From Coriobacteriales bacterium (GTDB lineage Bacteria > Actinomycetota > Coriobacteriia > Coriobacteriales > UBA8131), in the NCBI GenBank assembly GCA_031288185.1, contig JAITRZ010000003.1, positions 98 through 64,097 on the forward strand: 64,000 nt of DNA, written 5' to 3'. Positions 36,176 to 48,921 of the stretch are shown piece after piece (position 1 is the stretch's first letter; each line of letters opens with the position of its first letter). The notes under the pieces were generated by a model. That model was given only the letters and a program-made list of their open reading frames with translations, did no database searches and had not been told where the DNA came from. Position numbers and translations under genes: made by a program.

Positions 36176-38209
36176 TTGAGCAAGAGAAAACGAGAATCGC
36201 TGCGCCCTGCGCTCAGTAGGCTGCTGCCTCAGGTAGAAAAGCCTGTTCGCTACATTGGCGGCGAGTTGTATGCCAGCCCGTCCACGGCTGCCAAAAGCCC
36301 GCTGGATGTGGCTCTGGTCTATCCTGACCTCTATGATGTTGGTGGTTCTAATCTGGCCCTGGTTATCCTCTATGACATCGCCCGGCGGCTGCCCGGCGTT
36401 CAGGTAGAGCGCGCCTATCTACCCTGGGTAGATATGATCTCTCTGATGCGCGCACACGATCTTGAGCTATTTAGCCTGGAGAGCTGCGTGCCGCTGGCCA
36501 GCTTTGACCTTATCGGTATCACCTTGCCTCATGAACTGGCGGGCACAAACATTCTGGAATTGTTAGACCTTGCCAGGATTCCCCTGCACGCGGATCAGCG
36601 CGGCGAGGACGCGCCGCTGGTTATCGCGGGCGGGCCAGTGGCCTATAATCCAGAGCCGTTTGTGGAATTTTTCGATGCCCTGTGCATAGGAGATGGGGAG
36701 GAGGTTTTTGCCGAGGTACTCACGCTGGTGCGCGACCTCAAGCAAGAGGGGGTTGGTCGCCGTCAGATTTTACAGGCGCTGGCCAAACTGCCGGGTGTGT
36801 ATGTGGGCAGTCAGCCAAAACCGTGCATTGAGCGGCGGGTACTGGCAGATCTGGATGGCTATCCTGTTGTCACCCAACCCTGTCTTCCCTTTGTAGAAAC
36901 GGCGCAGGATCGTTTTTCTGTGGAAATACTGCGGGGCTGCGCGCGCGGTTGTCGTTTCTGTTCTGCTGGTATGCTCAACCGGCCGGTACGTGAGCGCTCA
37001 GCTACCACTATCGTGCGGGCTGTTATATCCGGTCTATCCAAAACCGGATATAACGAAGCGGCCCTGGCATCACTTTCCAGTTCAGACCACTCCCAGATAG
37101 CCCAGATAGTGCGCCGTCTCAATGGGCGTTATGCAGAAAGTGACGTCAAGATAAGTCTGCCTTCCCAGCGCTTGGATGTCTTTGGCAGCGTTCTGGCCCA
37201 ATTGACCTCAGCCCATCAGAAAAAGGGCACGCTGACCTTTGCTCCGGAAGCCGGCTCACAGCGTTTGCGCGATGTAATAAACAAAAACGTCAGCGAACAG
37301 GATCTTATCCAGGCGATCAGCGCGGCCTACCGCGGTGGTTGGCGTCGCTGCAAGCTGTATTTTATGATTGGGCTGCCCACAGAAACCGATGCCGACATTA
37401 TCGCCATCGCCAGGCTGGCCAATCTGGCCTACGACACCGCCCAGGAAGCCGTGCCAGAAAAACAACGCTCGCAGGTACGCTTGAGCCTTTCCTGTGCCGT
37501 ATTTGTGCCCAAGGCACACACCCCCTTTCAGTGGTGTGGCCAACCAAGCCGCCTTGAATTGGATCGCCGCGTGAGGCTCCTTAGAAGCAGCGGCCTGAAA
37601 AAGCGGATAGACCTGAAGTGGCATGATCCCGCCGCCTCGCAGATAGAGGCGGTGGTATCGCGGGGCGGGCGGCCGATAGGTCAACTGATTGAGCAGGCCT
37701 GGCGGCGGGGAGCCCGTTTTGATGCCTGGTCTGAGCAGTTTGTACCGGCGGCCTGGCATGAAGCGGCCCAGGCACTGGGCCTGGATTTGGAGCAGCTGGC
37801 TGGCGCTACCCTGTCTTTGGACTCACCTTTGCCCTGGGACTTCATCGACAGTGGCGTAACAAAGAACTTCCTGGTTGCAGAATACCAACGAGCCTTCCAT
37901 GAACAAACAAGGGCGGACTGTACGTTGACATCCTGTAGCTCCTGTGGTGTCTGCCAGCGGCCGACCATCCGTACCCGTTTGGCCCAAAGCCGCCGGGATC
38001 GGCAGGAACACACACGTCAGCTTGCTGGCGATAGCGCCAGGACGGCGCGTGCCCAGGAAGCAGCGTTGGAACCCGTGAAGCTAGGGCCGCCACAAGCACA
38101 TCTCATGAAGGCGAATTTTGTGGAGACGGGCTTCGCGGCATCAGATTTTGTGGAACCTTCTACGGAGCCAAAACCCGCAAAGTCAGATTTTGCGGAGCCG
38201 CTCTCATGA
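36176..38209 (+). CDS. Radical SAM protein of the uncharacterised TIGR03960-like family
   Basis: 'VEKPVRYIGGELYA' N-terminus. CxxxCxxC cluster motif 'GCARGCRFCSAG' at nt 36938-36961. 'TLTFAPEAGSQRLRDVINK'. The start is uncertain: TTG at 36176, or the ORF track start at 36110, which overlaps the previous gene. Confidence 0.8.
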   Translation: MSKRKRESLRPALSRLLPQVEKPVRYIGGELYASPSTAAKSPLDVALVYPDLYDVGGSNLALVILYDIARRLPGVQVERAYLPWVDMISLMRAHDLELFSLESCVPLASFDLIGITLPHELAGTNILELLDLARIPLHADQRGEDAPLVIAGGPVAYNPEPFVEFFDALCIGDGEEVFAEVLTLVRDLKQEGVGRRQILQALAKLPGVYVGSQPKPCIERRVLADLDGYPVVTQPCLPFVETAQDRFSVEILRGCARGCRFCSAGMLNRPVRERSATTIVRAVISGLSKTGYNEAALASLSSSDHSQIAQIVRRLNGRYAESDVKISLPSQRLDVFGSVLAQLTSAHQKKGTLTFAPEAGSQRLRDVINKNVSEQDLIQAISAAYRGGWRRCKLYFMIGLPTETDADIIAIARLANLAYDTAQEAVPEKQRSQVRLSLSCAVFVPKAHTPFQWCGQPSRLELDRRVRLLRSSGLKKRIDLKWHDPAASQIEAVVSRGGRPIGQLIEQAWRRGARFDAWSEQFVPAAWHEAAQALGLDLEQLAGATLSLDSPLPWDFIDSGVTKNFLVAEYQRAFHEQTRADCTLTSCSSCGVCQRPTIRTRLAQSRRDRQEHTRQLAGDSARTARAQEAALEPVKLGPPQAHLMKANFVETGFAASDFVEPSTEPKPAKSDFAEPLS

Positions 38210-38895
38210 GCGATTTTCGCCTGCGTATCAATTTTCAAAAACTGGGAAAACTGCGCCAGCTTTCACACCTAGAATTGGCGCGGGCACTGGAGCGTTGTGT
38301 GCGCCGATCCGGTTTACCCTATGCTATCTCACAGGGATTTTCAGCGCATATGCGGCATTCTTTCAGCGCCGCGCTGCCCGTGGGTACGGCCAGTCTGGAT
38401 GAGTATATGGATCTCGAACTAACAAGCTTTGTGCCCCCAAAAGCCGCCGTCAGCGCGCTACAACAGGTCGCGGTTTTTGGGCTCCCCATTCTTGGGGCAT
38501 GCTATGTTTCCCCAAACGAGCCGGCCTTGCAGGCAACACGATGCCTGGCCAACTACGAGGTTGAACTGTGCGATCCTGAACATGATTTGGCTGACCAGTT
38601 GCTTGCGGCACTGCGCTCAACGTTAGAGATTATTGTACGAAAAAAGGGCCGGCCGCGCAGCTACCACCTGCCCGATCTGCTGGAGGTGACCCAGACGCGC
38701 CGGCTTGTGGCCAGCGCTCCTGACCTCTGCCGCTTGTTTATGCCTATTACGTTGACAGAAGGCGGTTCTCTGCGTCCAGAATTGATTTTGGAGGCGGTTG
38801 CTCCCGCTGGGCGCTCGCTTGAGATAGTTGACATCATCAGAATTAGTTTGCGCGCGCAGCCTGACCTTCTCGAGCACAAGGGAGAGCATCGCTGA
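38206..38895 (+). CDS. DUF2344 / TIGR03936-like protein (partner of the upstream radical SAM protein)
   Basis: 'FRLRINFQKLGKLRQLSHLELARALERCVRRSGLPYAISQGFSAHMRHSFSAALPVGTAS'. The start overlaps the upstream stop (ATGA). Confidence 0.75.
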   Translation: MSDFRLRINFQKLGKLRQLSHLELARALERCVRRSGLPYAISQGFSAHMRHSFSAALPVGTASLDEYMDLELTSFVPPKAAVSALQQVAVFGLPILGACYVSPNEPALQATRCLANYEVELCDPEHDLADQLLAALRSTLEIIVRKKGRPRSYHLPDLLEVTQTRRLVASAPDLCRLFMPITLTEGGSLRPELILEAVAPAGRSLEIVDIIRISLRAQPDLLEHKGEHR

Positions 38896-39383
38896 TGTCC
38901 CTCTTTGTCTGCCTGGCTGCTGTAGGGCGGCTTAAAGAGGAATACTGGCGCAAGGCGGCCGCTGAATACACCCGCCGTTTGGGTGGCTACCTCCGCCTTG
39001 AGCTGCTGGAGGTTGACGATGTCGCACCTGCACGGGTAGGTAGCCTTACTAAAGCCCTGGCGACTGAAGCCCGATCACTCCGGCGCGCGCTGGCCGTTTT
39101 ACCTCAAGCCCAAAAATCCTGTTCAGTAGCCCTTGATATATCCGGCACGCCCTTTTCCAGCGAAGAGATAGCAACCTTGCTCCAAGAAAACGCTCGCGTT
39201 GGTACCGCGCTGGTCTTTTATATTGGCGGGCCCTGCGGTCTGGATGCCGACATCCGTCACTCGGCTAATGTGCGACTTTCCTTTGGCCCCCTGACCCTTC
39301 CCCATAACCTGGCGCGGGTGGTCTTGTTAGAGCAGCTATACCGAGCCTGTAAGATCAATCGCGCGGAACCCTACCATAGATAG
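38895..39383 (+). CDS. rlmH: 23S rRNA (pseudouridine1915-N3)-methyltransferase RlmH
   Basis: SPOUT-family pattern 'FYIGGPCGLDADIRHSANVRLSFGPLTLPHNLARVVLLEQLYRA'. Confidence 0.88.
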   Translation: MSLFVCLAAVGRLKEEYWRKAAAEYTRRLGGYLRLELLEVDDVAPARVGSLTKALATEARSLRRALAVLPQAQKSCSVALDISGTPFSSEEIATLLQENARVGTALVFYIGGPCGLDADIRHSANVRLSFGPLTLPHNLARVVLLEQLYRACKINRAEPYHR

Positions 39384-39585
39384 CTGTGCTATGCTTGATG
39401 GGCACTATGCGCCTGACAGGCTGCCTAACGCAGGCACCGCAGATGCTGGTGCTCCAAAAAGTGTACCTGAGAGAACAAAGTGATGTCTGGCGGGTCGCCT
39501 GGCGCGCAAGCGCCGATGGTGCTTGCCGCCACACGGTTTTGCCGCGATTTCGCGCCTCAAGATTTGGTTGTAAGGAGATGCTCAT

Positions 39586-40455
39586 TTGCGCTATTCTGAC
39601 TTTCACCTTCCTGACACGGTTAGATTGTTTGTTGGGACGCGACGGATTCAGGACTATGAACAGTTACAAAAACTGGCAGTTTGCTTAGAGCGCAACGGCC
39701 TGTCCTGGCTTTGGGCAGATGCGCCCGGATCTGCACTTGGTGCGCACAGGGCGGCTGAACCAGATTTTGAGGCCTTGGATACGCTGAGGGCCGTCGCCCG
39801 TTCCTTTGAGCTCAAAACGTTAAGCTCGGTCTTTGGCCTGAGCCAGCTGTCTCACCTAGCCCAGCAGGTTGACGCCCTGCTTATATGCGGCGATGATATG
39901 GACAATACTGAACTGCTGGCAGCTGTTGGCCAACAAAGCGCTCCTGACCAACAGCCCGTTTTGTTGGTGCGCAACAAGGCGGCAATGTTGGAAGAATTAC
40001 TGGTCGCTGCAGATCTGCTCACGGCCTGGCATAATCCCAACGTTATGTTCTGTGAGAGCGGTATCCGCAGCTTTGAGACGGCCTATCCCCTAACCTTGGA
40101 TATTACGGCCGTGCCCCTGCTGCAACAGCGTTCATTGTTGCCCGTGGCCGTGGAGGTAAGCGCGGCCGCTCAGGTCGCCTTGCAGCCGGCCCTGGCGCGC
40201 GCGGCCCTGGCGGCTGGCGCTGATGCCCTGTTGATTACTGTTGAGCCAACGACAGGTTTGGACGCAGAACAAGAACAAGCCGGTGAGCGCTGGGATGGTG
40301 CTAGCAAGAAGGTTGAGCCAACACCAGGTTTGCCGCAACAACAGTTGGGTCAGGCGCATCCAAGCGCCGCCGGGGCGTTGAGCATCCGCGAGTTTGAAGA
40401 GATACTGCCCGGTTTGCGCCATCTCGCCGCCCAACTAGGCAAAAAGATAATCTGA
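39586..40455 (+). CDS. DAHP-synthase (type I-beta / KDO8PS) fold homolog with degenerate active site
   Basis: AAGGAG RBS before TTG at 39586. 'NPNVMFCESGIRSFETAYPLTLDITAVPLLQQRSLLPVAVEVSAAA...AAGADALLITVEP' aligns by eye to 'ILCERGIRTFE..TRxTLDISAVP....HLPvIVDPSH....AiGADGlmVEVHP'. Confidence 0.55.
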   Translation: MRYSDFHLPDTVRLFVGTRRIQDYEQLQKLAVCLERNGLSWLWADAPGSALGAHRAAEPDFEALDTLRAVARSFELKTLSSVFGLSQLSHLAQQVDALLICGDDMDNTELLAAVGQQSAPDQQPVLLVRNKAAMLEELLVAADLLTAWHNPNVMFCESGIRSFETAYPLTLDITAVPLLQQRSLLPVAVEVSAAAQVALQPALARAALAAGADALLITVEPTTGLDAEQEQAGERWDGASKKVEPTPGLPQQQLGQAHPSAAGALSIREFEEILPGLRHLAAQLGKKII

Positions 40456-40463
40456 GGGTGCCC

Positions 40464-42815
40464 ATGTCACTGGATCTCTCTGACCTCAATGCCGAGCAAC
40501 TGGCTGCGGTTCGCCACACCGAAGGCCCACTCTTGCTGCTGGCTGGCGCCGGTACGGGAAAAACGCGCGCGTTGACCTACCGAATTGCCTATATGATCTG
40601 TGAGCGTAACATATCGCCCTACCAGATACTGGCCATCACCTTTACCAACAAGGCAGCTACCGAGATGCGCGAGCGTCTGTTTGGGCTACTGGGGGCACAG
40701 GCCAGAGGTATCTGGATGATGACCTTTCACGCCTTTTGCGCGCGACTGTTGCGCCAGGACGCAGAGCTTCTGGGCTACGGCCGCGATTTTACCATCTATG
40801 ACGATGCCGATTCAAAACGTTTGTATAAGGAAATACTTGCTCAGCTTGCTATCGACACGGAACAGGCCCCTCAGGCATCTATCGCCAGTCTGATTTCTCA
40901 GGCCAAAAGCGAGCTTGTAGGGCCGGTTGAATATGCCGCTTTGGCCCACGGCTATCGCCAGCAGCGCGCGGCCGAGGTCTACCTAGAACTGGAACAACGT
41001 TTGAAGCTGGCCAATGCTCTTGATTTTGATGACCTGTTGATGCAGGCTTACCTGCTCCTCAGACAAAACCCTGCGTTGCTTGTCGCTTATCAACAGCGTT
41101 TTCGTTACCTTTTGATTGATGAATATCAGGACACAAACCACGCTCAGTATCAGATCAGCAAACTTTTAGCTGCCGCGTCTCGCAATATTATGGTAGTAGG
41201 GGACGACGACCAATCCATCTACTCCTGGCGGGGGGCCGATATTCGCAATATACTGGATTTTGAGAAGGACTATCCGGAGGCGACCGTGCTCAAGTTAGAG
41301 CAGAACTATCGCTCCACCTCCACCATCCTGGGTGCCGCCAACGCCGTTATCGCCAACAACCTGGGCCGCAAGTCCAAACAGCTTTACAGTAAGGGGCAAA
41401 AAGGACAGCGGCTTTTGTATTACCTGGCCAGTGATGAGCGTGATGAAGGACGCTGGATAGCCGCTGAAATACTGCGCCTGCGTGCCTCCGGTCATGGCTT
41501 TGGTGATTTTGCTTTATTCTATCGCACTAATGCTCAGTCACGGGTGCTGGAGGACATGTTGTTGCGCGCAGGTGTGCCTTACCGCATCTACGGAGGCACC
41601 CGCTTTTTTGATCGTCAGGAGATTCGCGATGTAGTTGCCTATCTCAAGCTGATTGTTAATCCGGCAGACGACGTTTCTGCCAAGCGTATCATCAATCAAC
41701 CCCGTCGTGGCCTGGGTCAAACCACGGTGCGAGCGATTGAGCAGGTGGCCCGGACGGAACGGTGCAGTTTCATGGATGCCTGCGAACTGGCGTTGGCCTT
41801 AGAGGAGTTGCCGGCGCAAAGCCGCAGGAAGCTTGGGGCCTTTGTGCAGTTGATTAAAGACCTGCGCCAGCTTAACGGCGAGTTGCGCATAGTGGTGGAG
41901 ATGATTGTGGAAAAAAGCGGTCTGCTTGATGCCCTGCGCACTCAGCATACAGACGAGGCCCTTGCGCGCGTCGAAAATGTCCAAGAATTCTTTACGGTGG
42001 CTGCGGAGTTTGAGACCGGGCTGCAGGATGATCTGGGGCTTATGGGGCCTGAGACCAGGTTGCAGGATGAACGGGAGATGGTAGAGTCTGAGGCTGGATG
42101 GCAGGATGATACGCAAGCGGTAAAGCGCGCGGATGATTTCTCCCCACGCACCAAGGACGACCCGTCTGAAACCACGGCTTCTGCTATGCTACCTCGCTTC
42201 ATGGAGTGGCTGGCGCTTCGTTCTGATCTGGACACCATTGAGGCAAGCGGTCAGCACGTCACGCTGATGACCGTTCATTCTGCCAAGGGCCTGGAATTTA
42301 AGGTAGTCTTTTTAGCGGGCATGGAAGAGGCGCTTTTTCCGCACCAGATGTCGCTTCTTGACAAAAAGGACATGGAGGAGGAGCGTCGGCTGGCTTATGT
42401 GGCGATCACACGTGCCCGCGAGTTGCTCTATATCAGCCGAACCCAGCGACGCACGCTGTTTGGCTATGTATCCCAAAACCCGGAATCTCGGTTTGTGCGA
42501 GAAATACCAGCCAAATTGATCGAATCTGCGGGACTGGGTTCTCAGGGCCTTGAGGGCAGTGGCTTTGAAAAGCGTGGCAGTCGTCGGGGTATCTTTGGTT
42601 CCGGCCAGCATTCTGGTGAACCGGATGACGGCTTGGCCGGAAACCTCAGCCCGGTTGTTAGGTTGGATCCCGGCGATCTGGTGGATCACCGGATATTTGG
42701 CCGTGGCCGGGTTATTGCCGTGCGTGATGACATCGTAGAAGTTAGTTTTGAGAAGGGCGACAGAACGCGTAAGCTGGTACTAAAACTGGCGCCCCTGGTA
42801 AAGATCGGCGGTTAA
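40464..42815 (+). CDS. pcrA: ATP-dependent DNA helicase PcrA/UvrD
   Basis: 'LNAEQLAAVRHTEGPLLLLAGAGTGKTRALTYRIA', 'LLIDEYQDTNHAQY', 'VGDDDQSIYSWRGA', 'LEQNYRST', 'TVHSAKGLEF' and 'RRLAYVAITRAR' are SF1 helicase motifs. An alternative GTG start lies at 40458. Confidence 0.92.
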   Translation: MSLDLSDLNAEQLAAVRHTEGPLLLLAGAGTGKTRALTYRIAYMICERNISPYQILAITFTNKAATEMRERLFGLLGAQARGIWMMTFHAFCARLLRQDAELLGYGRDFTIYDDADSKRLYKEILAQLAIDTEQAPQASIASLISQAKSELVGPVEYAALAHGYRQQRAAEVYLELEQRLKLANALDFDDLLMQAYLLLRQNPALLVAYQQRFRYLLIDEYQDTNHAQYQISKLLAAASRNIMVVGDDDQSIYSWRGADIRNILDFEKDYPEATVLKLEQNYRSTSTILGAANAVIANNLGRKSKQLYSKGQKGQRLLYYLASDERDEGRWIAAEILRLRASGHGFGDFALFYRTNAQSRVLEDMLLRAGVPYRIYGGTRFFDRQEIRDVVAYLKLIVNPADDVSAKRIINQPRRGLGQTTVRAIEQVARTERCSFMDACELALALEELPAQSRRKLGAFVQLIKDLRQLNGELRIVVEMIVEKSGLLDALRTQHTDEALARVENVQEFFTVAAEFETGLQDDLGLMGPETRLQDEREMVESEAGWQDDTQAVKRADDFSPRTKDDPSETTASAMLPRFMEWLALRSDLDTIEASGQHVTLMTVHSAKGLEFKVVFLAGMEEALFPHQMSLLDKKDMEEERRLAYVAITRARELLYISRTQRRTLFGYVSQNPESRFVREIPAKLIESAGLGSQGLEGSGFEKRGSRRGIFGSGQHSGEPDDGLAGNLSPVVRLDPGDLVDHRIFGRGRVIAVRDDIVEVSFEKGDRTRKLVLKLAPLVKIGG

Positions 42816-43874
42816 GTGTCTATGACTATGAGCAATAGAGGGGTACGTGCCAGGCTAATTAGCCGCGATATCCGTCGCGACATTCGTTTGGTCTGCCTGT
42901 GCCTGGGAGCCTTCCTGCTCACCATCGTTGTGGTACAGCTCCTGTCTATGACGGTGATGGCTGTTATCGTTCTGCTCTCAGATCCTGAAATACTTCCAGA
43001 GATGGGAGTTGCACAGGACACTATGAACCTGAACATCTCCCCCTACCTTGACGCACAGGCGTTTCCAGAAATGGAAGCATTTGAGGATCGCCTGCTTGAT
43101 CTCTTTAAGAACTACAGCGGCCTTCTCTCAATACTTGGCATGGTGTGTGGTCTGCCCTGGTTTTTCCTGTTACGCGGAAAACGCTTTGTAACCAGTGACG
43201 TTACGCGTCGCAACGCATCGCCAAAAGCCGCTACCCTGGCTGTGCTGTTTATCCTGATCCTGGCCGCTCAGGGTCTGATGATACTGTTGCTAGCGGCCCT
43301 GGAGCCGTTGCTCAATCAGGGCGGCGGCTCGCTTGTGGACACCCTGGAAGAAGCCACGTCAGCTCTGACACAGGATCCCTGGGGGTTACTCTACGTCATG
43401 GTACTGGGACCTGTCTGCGAAGAATTGGTTTTTCGCGGGGCCATTATGCGTCGCCTGGAGAAACACGGCGCTAACTTTGCGATTGTCATTTCTGCGTTGC
43501 TGTTTGGCCTGTATCATATGCTGCTGTTTCAGGTTGTATTTGCCTTTTTTGTTGGTTTGATTCTGGCTTACACGGCCGGACGCTTCTCGCTTAAGTGGGC
43601 GATGCTTTTGCATATTGCCAATAATTCCCTGGCCGTGCTCACTGAAAGCCTCAACAGCCAGGTTGCGGAAGTGTTTTTTACCGCGCTGTTTCTCTGCGCG
43701 CTGATAGCGGCGCCCTTCATCCTGTTTACCCAGCGCAAACTGCTGGCCGCGCAGCGCCAGGCTGGCGCGCCGCTGTTTACCAAAACTTATGCCTACGCTT
43801 TTTCCAGCCCCTGGATATGGATACTAATGGTGATTCTGACTGGCAGCGGAGTGGCCATGCTGGGCGTGTTCTGA
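42816..43874 (+). CDS. CPBP-family intramembrane glutamic endopeptidase (CAAX/Abi)
   Basis: Polytopic. 'GPVCEELVFRG', 'LLFGLYHM' and 'LHIANNS' are the three CPBP motifs. Confidence 0.8.
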   Translation: MSMTMSNRGVRARLISRDIRRDIRLVCLCLGAFLLTIVVVQLLSMTVMAVIVLLSDPEILPEMGVAQDTMNLNISPYLDAQAFPEMEAFEDRLLDLFKNYSGLLSILGMVCGLPWFFLLRGKRFVTSDVTRRNASPKAATLAVLFILILAAQGLMILLLAALEPLLNQGGGSLVDTLEEATSALTQDPWGLLYVMVLGPVCEELVFRGAIMRRLEKHGANFAIVISALLFGLYHMLLFQVVFAFFVGLILAYTAGRFSLKWAMLLHIANNSLAVLTESLNSQVAEVFFTALFLCALIAAPFILFTQRKLLAAQRQAGAPLFTKTYAYAFSSPWIWILMVILTGSGVAMLGVF

Positions 43875-46151
43875 TTGATCCTGAGAGCAGAAAGGCTGGG
43901 CAAGTCCTTTGGCGCGCGCTGGCTGTTCAAAGACGTCAGCTTTTTATTAAATGACGGTGATCGCGTGGCCTTGGTGGGTGCCAACGGCAGTGGTAAAACA
44001 ACCCTGCTGCGCATCATTGCCGGTGAAGAAAGGGCCGATGAGGGACAGGCACTTTTGGCCAAAAACGTTCGTGTGGGTTATCTGCAACAGGATATAGGCG
44101 GTCAGTTGGGTCAGATGAACCTGATGGAAGCAGTGCTGAGCGCTCGCCCTGACCTGTCCCGCATGGCGCGGCGTCTCACCGAGTTGGAAAGACAGTTGGC
44201 TTTAGATGCTGGCGGTCTTTCTTCAGCGGAGAAAACCCAAACAGGCAAGGGCGGGTCACCGGAAAAAACCATAATTGATAGCACAATAATAACGGAAGAC
44301 GATGTGTCTTGCGCGCACGTTCAGCCCACGCAAGAAGCCCTACTTAATGAGTACGGGCACCTACAGGAATTGTTTGAACTGGAAGATGGCTGGAACCTGG
44401 AGGCTGAAGCTCGCGCCGTGTTGATAGGACTTGGTTTTGCGCCTGCAAACTTTGAGCGTTCTGTGAGCGAGTTTAGCGGCGGTTGGCAAACGCGCATTGC
44501 TCTCGCCCGCTTGCTCCTGGCCAGGCCACAGTTGCTTCTCTTAGATGAGCCAACCAACCACCTCGACCTGGCCAGCGTACGTTGGTTGGAAGACTTTTTG
44601 CGCGGTTACAACGGCGCCCTATTAATAGTTAGCCATGATCGAGATTTTATGGATGCCCTGGTCAGTCGAGTACTGTCCCTGGACCATGAGCGCCTGACCG
44701 TCTATAAGGGTGGCTACCACAGCTTTGAGCGCCAGCGCGAGCAGGCCCAGGAGCAGCGTCAGCAAGCCTATCAGCAGCAGCGCGCGCAGATTGAGCGCAC
44801 AGAAGCCTTTATCCAGCGCTTTCGCTCCAAAGCCTCCAAGGCCAGGCAGGTACAGGAACGGGTGCGTCAGCTGGAAAAGCTGGAGCGCGTCCAACCGCCC
44901 ATGTCGCGTCGTACCATTAATTTTCGCTTTGCCCAGCCGCCGCGCAGTGGGGATAAGGTTATCAAACTTGAGGGAATAGCAAAGGCATATGGCCATCACC
45001 AGGTTTACGGTGGCGACCGGCCGCTGCTGGATCTTGAGCTGTATCGTGGCGATAAGGTGGCTCTGGTTGGGCCCAATGGATCTGGTAAGTCAACCCTGTT
45101 AAAACTCATAGCCGGCGTGCTTAAGCCTGACGCGGGCCAACGGCGGTTGGGCAGTAAGGTTACAACAGCTTACTATGCCCAGCACCAGCTTGAACAACTA
45201 AACGCTCAAAACAGTGTGCTAAGCGAACTTGCCTCTGCGGCCCCTAACTGGACAATGAGCGAGCTGCGCGGCCTTCTGGGGGTGTTTCTTTTTAGCGGTG
45301 CTGCCGTTGACAAGCTGGTGGCGGTGCTGTCAGGAGGAGAGAAAAGCCGTCTGGCCCTGGCCAAGTTGCTGGTGCGTCCGGCGCCTCTGCTTTGCCTGGA
45401 TGAACCAACCAACCATCTGGACATTACCGCGTCAGACGTACTGGAACAGGCCCTTGTTAACTTTGCTGGCACCCTGGTAGTGATAACCCATGATCGCCAT
45501 CTAATACGACGGGTGGCCAATCGTATTATCGAGGTAAAAGAAGGCCAGTTGCGCTGCTTTGCTGGGGACTATCACTATTACCTCAGCCAGATTCAAGCTA
45601 GTGAGGGCGAAAACGTCCCTTCGTCTTTGGCCGGCTCAACGGCAACGCGTAGCGCAGCCCCTTCTGCTGGCTTTTTGGGCGGAGTCGGCTCAAGGCAGGC
45701 GCGCCCATCGGCACCGCCCACCAAACGTTCCGTCTCAAACAAGCGTTCTGCCCCAGGCGCTCATCGCGCCAGCGCTCAGCCTGATAAGACCACGGCCGCC
45801 GCTTCAGCCCAGAGCTCAACTGGGCCAAAGAGCAGGGAACAAAAGCGGCGCGAGGCCCAGGCTCGTAATCGCAGCTACCGGTTGCTTAAATCTGATCGAG
45901 CCCAACTTAAGGCCCTGGATGCCGAGATGGAAACCAGCCAGGCGCGCCTGAAAGAATTGATGCAGGCAATGGCCGACGTTGAACTCTATAATGACAAGCT
46001 GCGGTTTACGCAGACACTGGACGAATATAATCAACTACAGAGTCGTCTGCCCCAGTTGGAGGCGGAATGGTTGAGCGTCAACCAGCGCATCGAAACCGAA
46101 CTGCTTGCTGCTGATGCCAACGATTCGCCCGATACAAAGCGCGCGTTATGA
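43875..46151 (+). CDS. ABC-F family ATPase (two ABC domains, no TMD) with inserts and a long basic/coiled-coil tail
   Basis: Two Walker A motifs ('GANGSGKTT', 'GPNGSGKST'), two signature motifs ('[11 protein letters not shown]', '[11 protein letters not shown]'), an inter-domain linker '[32 protein letters not shown]', and a C-terminal coiled coil. Confidence 0.85.
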   Translation: MILRAERLGKSFGARWLFKDVSFLLNDGDRVALVGANGSGKTTLLRIIAGEERADEGQALLAKNVRVGYLQQDIGGQLGQMNLMEAVLSARPDLSRMARRLTELERQLALDAGGLSSAEKTQTGKGGSPEKTIIDSTIITEDDVSCAHVQPTQEALLNEYGHLQELFELEDGWNLEAEARAVLIGLGFAPANFERSVSEFSGGWQTRIALARLLLARPQLLLLDEPTNHLDLASVRWLEDFLRGYNGALLIVSHDRDFMDALVSRVLSLDHERLTVYKGGYHSFERQREQAQEQRQQAYQQQRAQIERTEAFIQRFRSKASKARQVQERVRQLEKLERVQPPMSRRTINFRFAQPPRSGDKVIKLEGIAKAYGHHQVYGGDRPLLDLELYRGDKVALVGPNGSGKSTLLKLIAGVLKPDAGQRRLGSKVTTAYYAQHQLEQLNAQNSVLSELASAAPNWTMSELRGLLGVFLFSGAAVDKLVAVLSGGEKSRLALAKLLVRPAPLLCLDEPTNHLDITASDVLEQALVNFAGTLVVITHDRHLIRRVANRIIEVKEGQLRCFAGDYHYYLSQIQASEGENVPSSLAGSTATRSAAPSAGFLGGVGSRQARPSAPPTKRSVSNKRSAPGAHRASAQPDKTTAAASAQSSTGPKSREQKRREAQARNRSYRLLKSDRAQLKALDAEMETSQARLKELMQAMADVELYNDKLRFTQTLDEYNQLQSRLPQLEAEWLSVNQRIETELLAADANDSPDTKRAL

Positions 46152-46231
46152 ATGGCGCAGGGCGACAGACAGGCAGACCAACCCTGCGCGCCGCCGACCT
46201 CTGCGCGCTCCTTTCAGTAAGGTAGGTTCAC

Positions 46232-48917
<2,686 letters not shown>

Positions 48918-48921
<4 letters not shown>

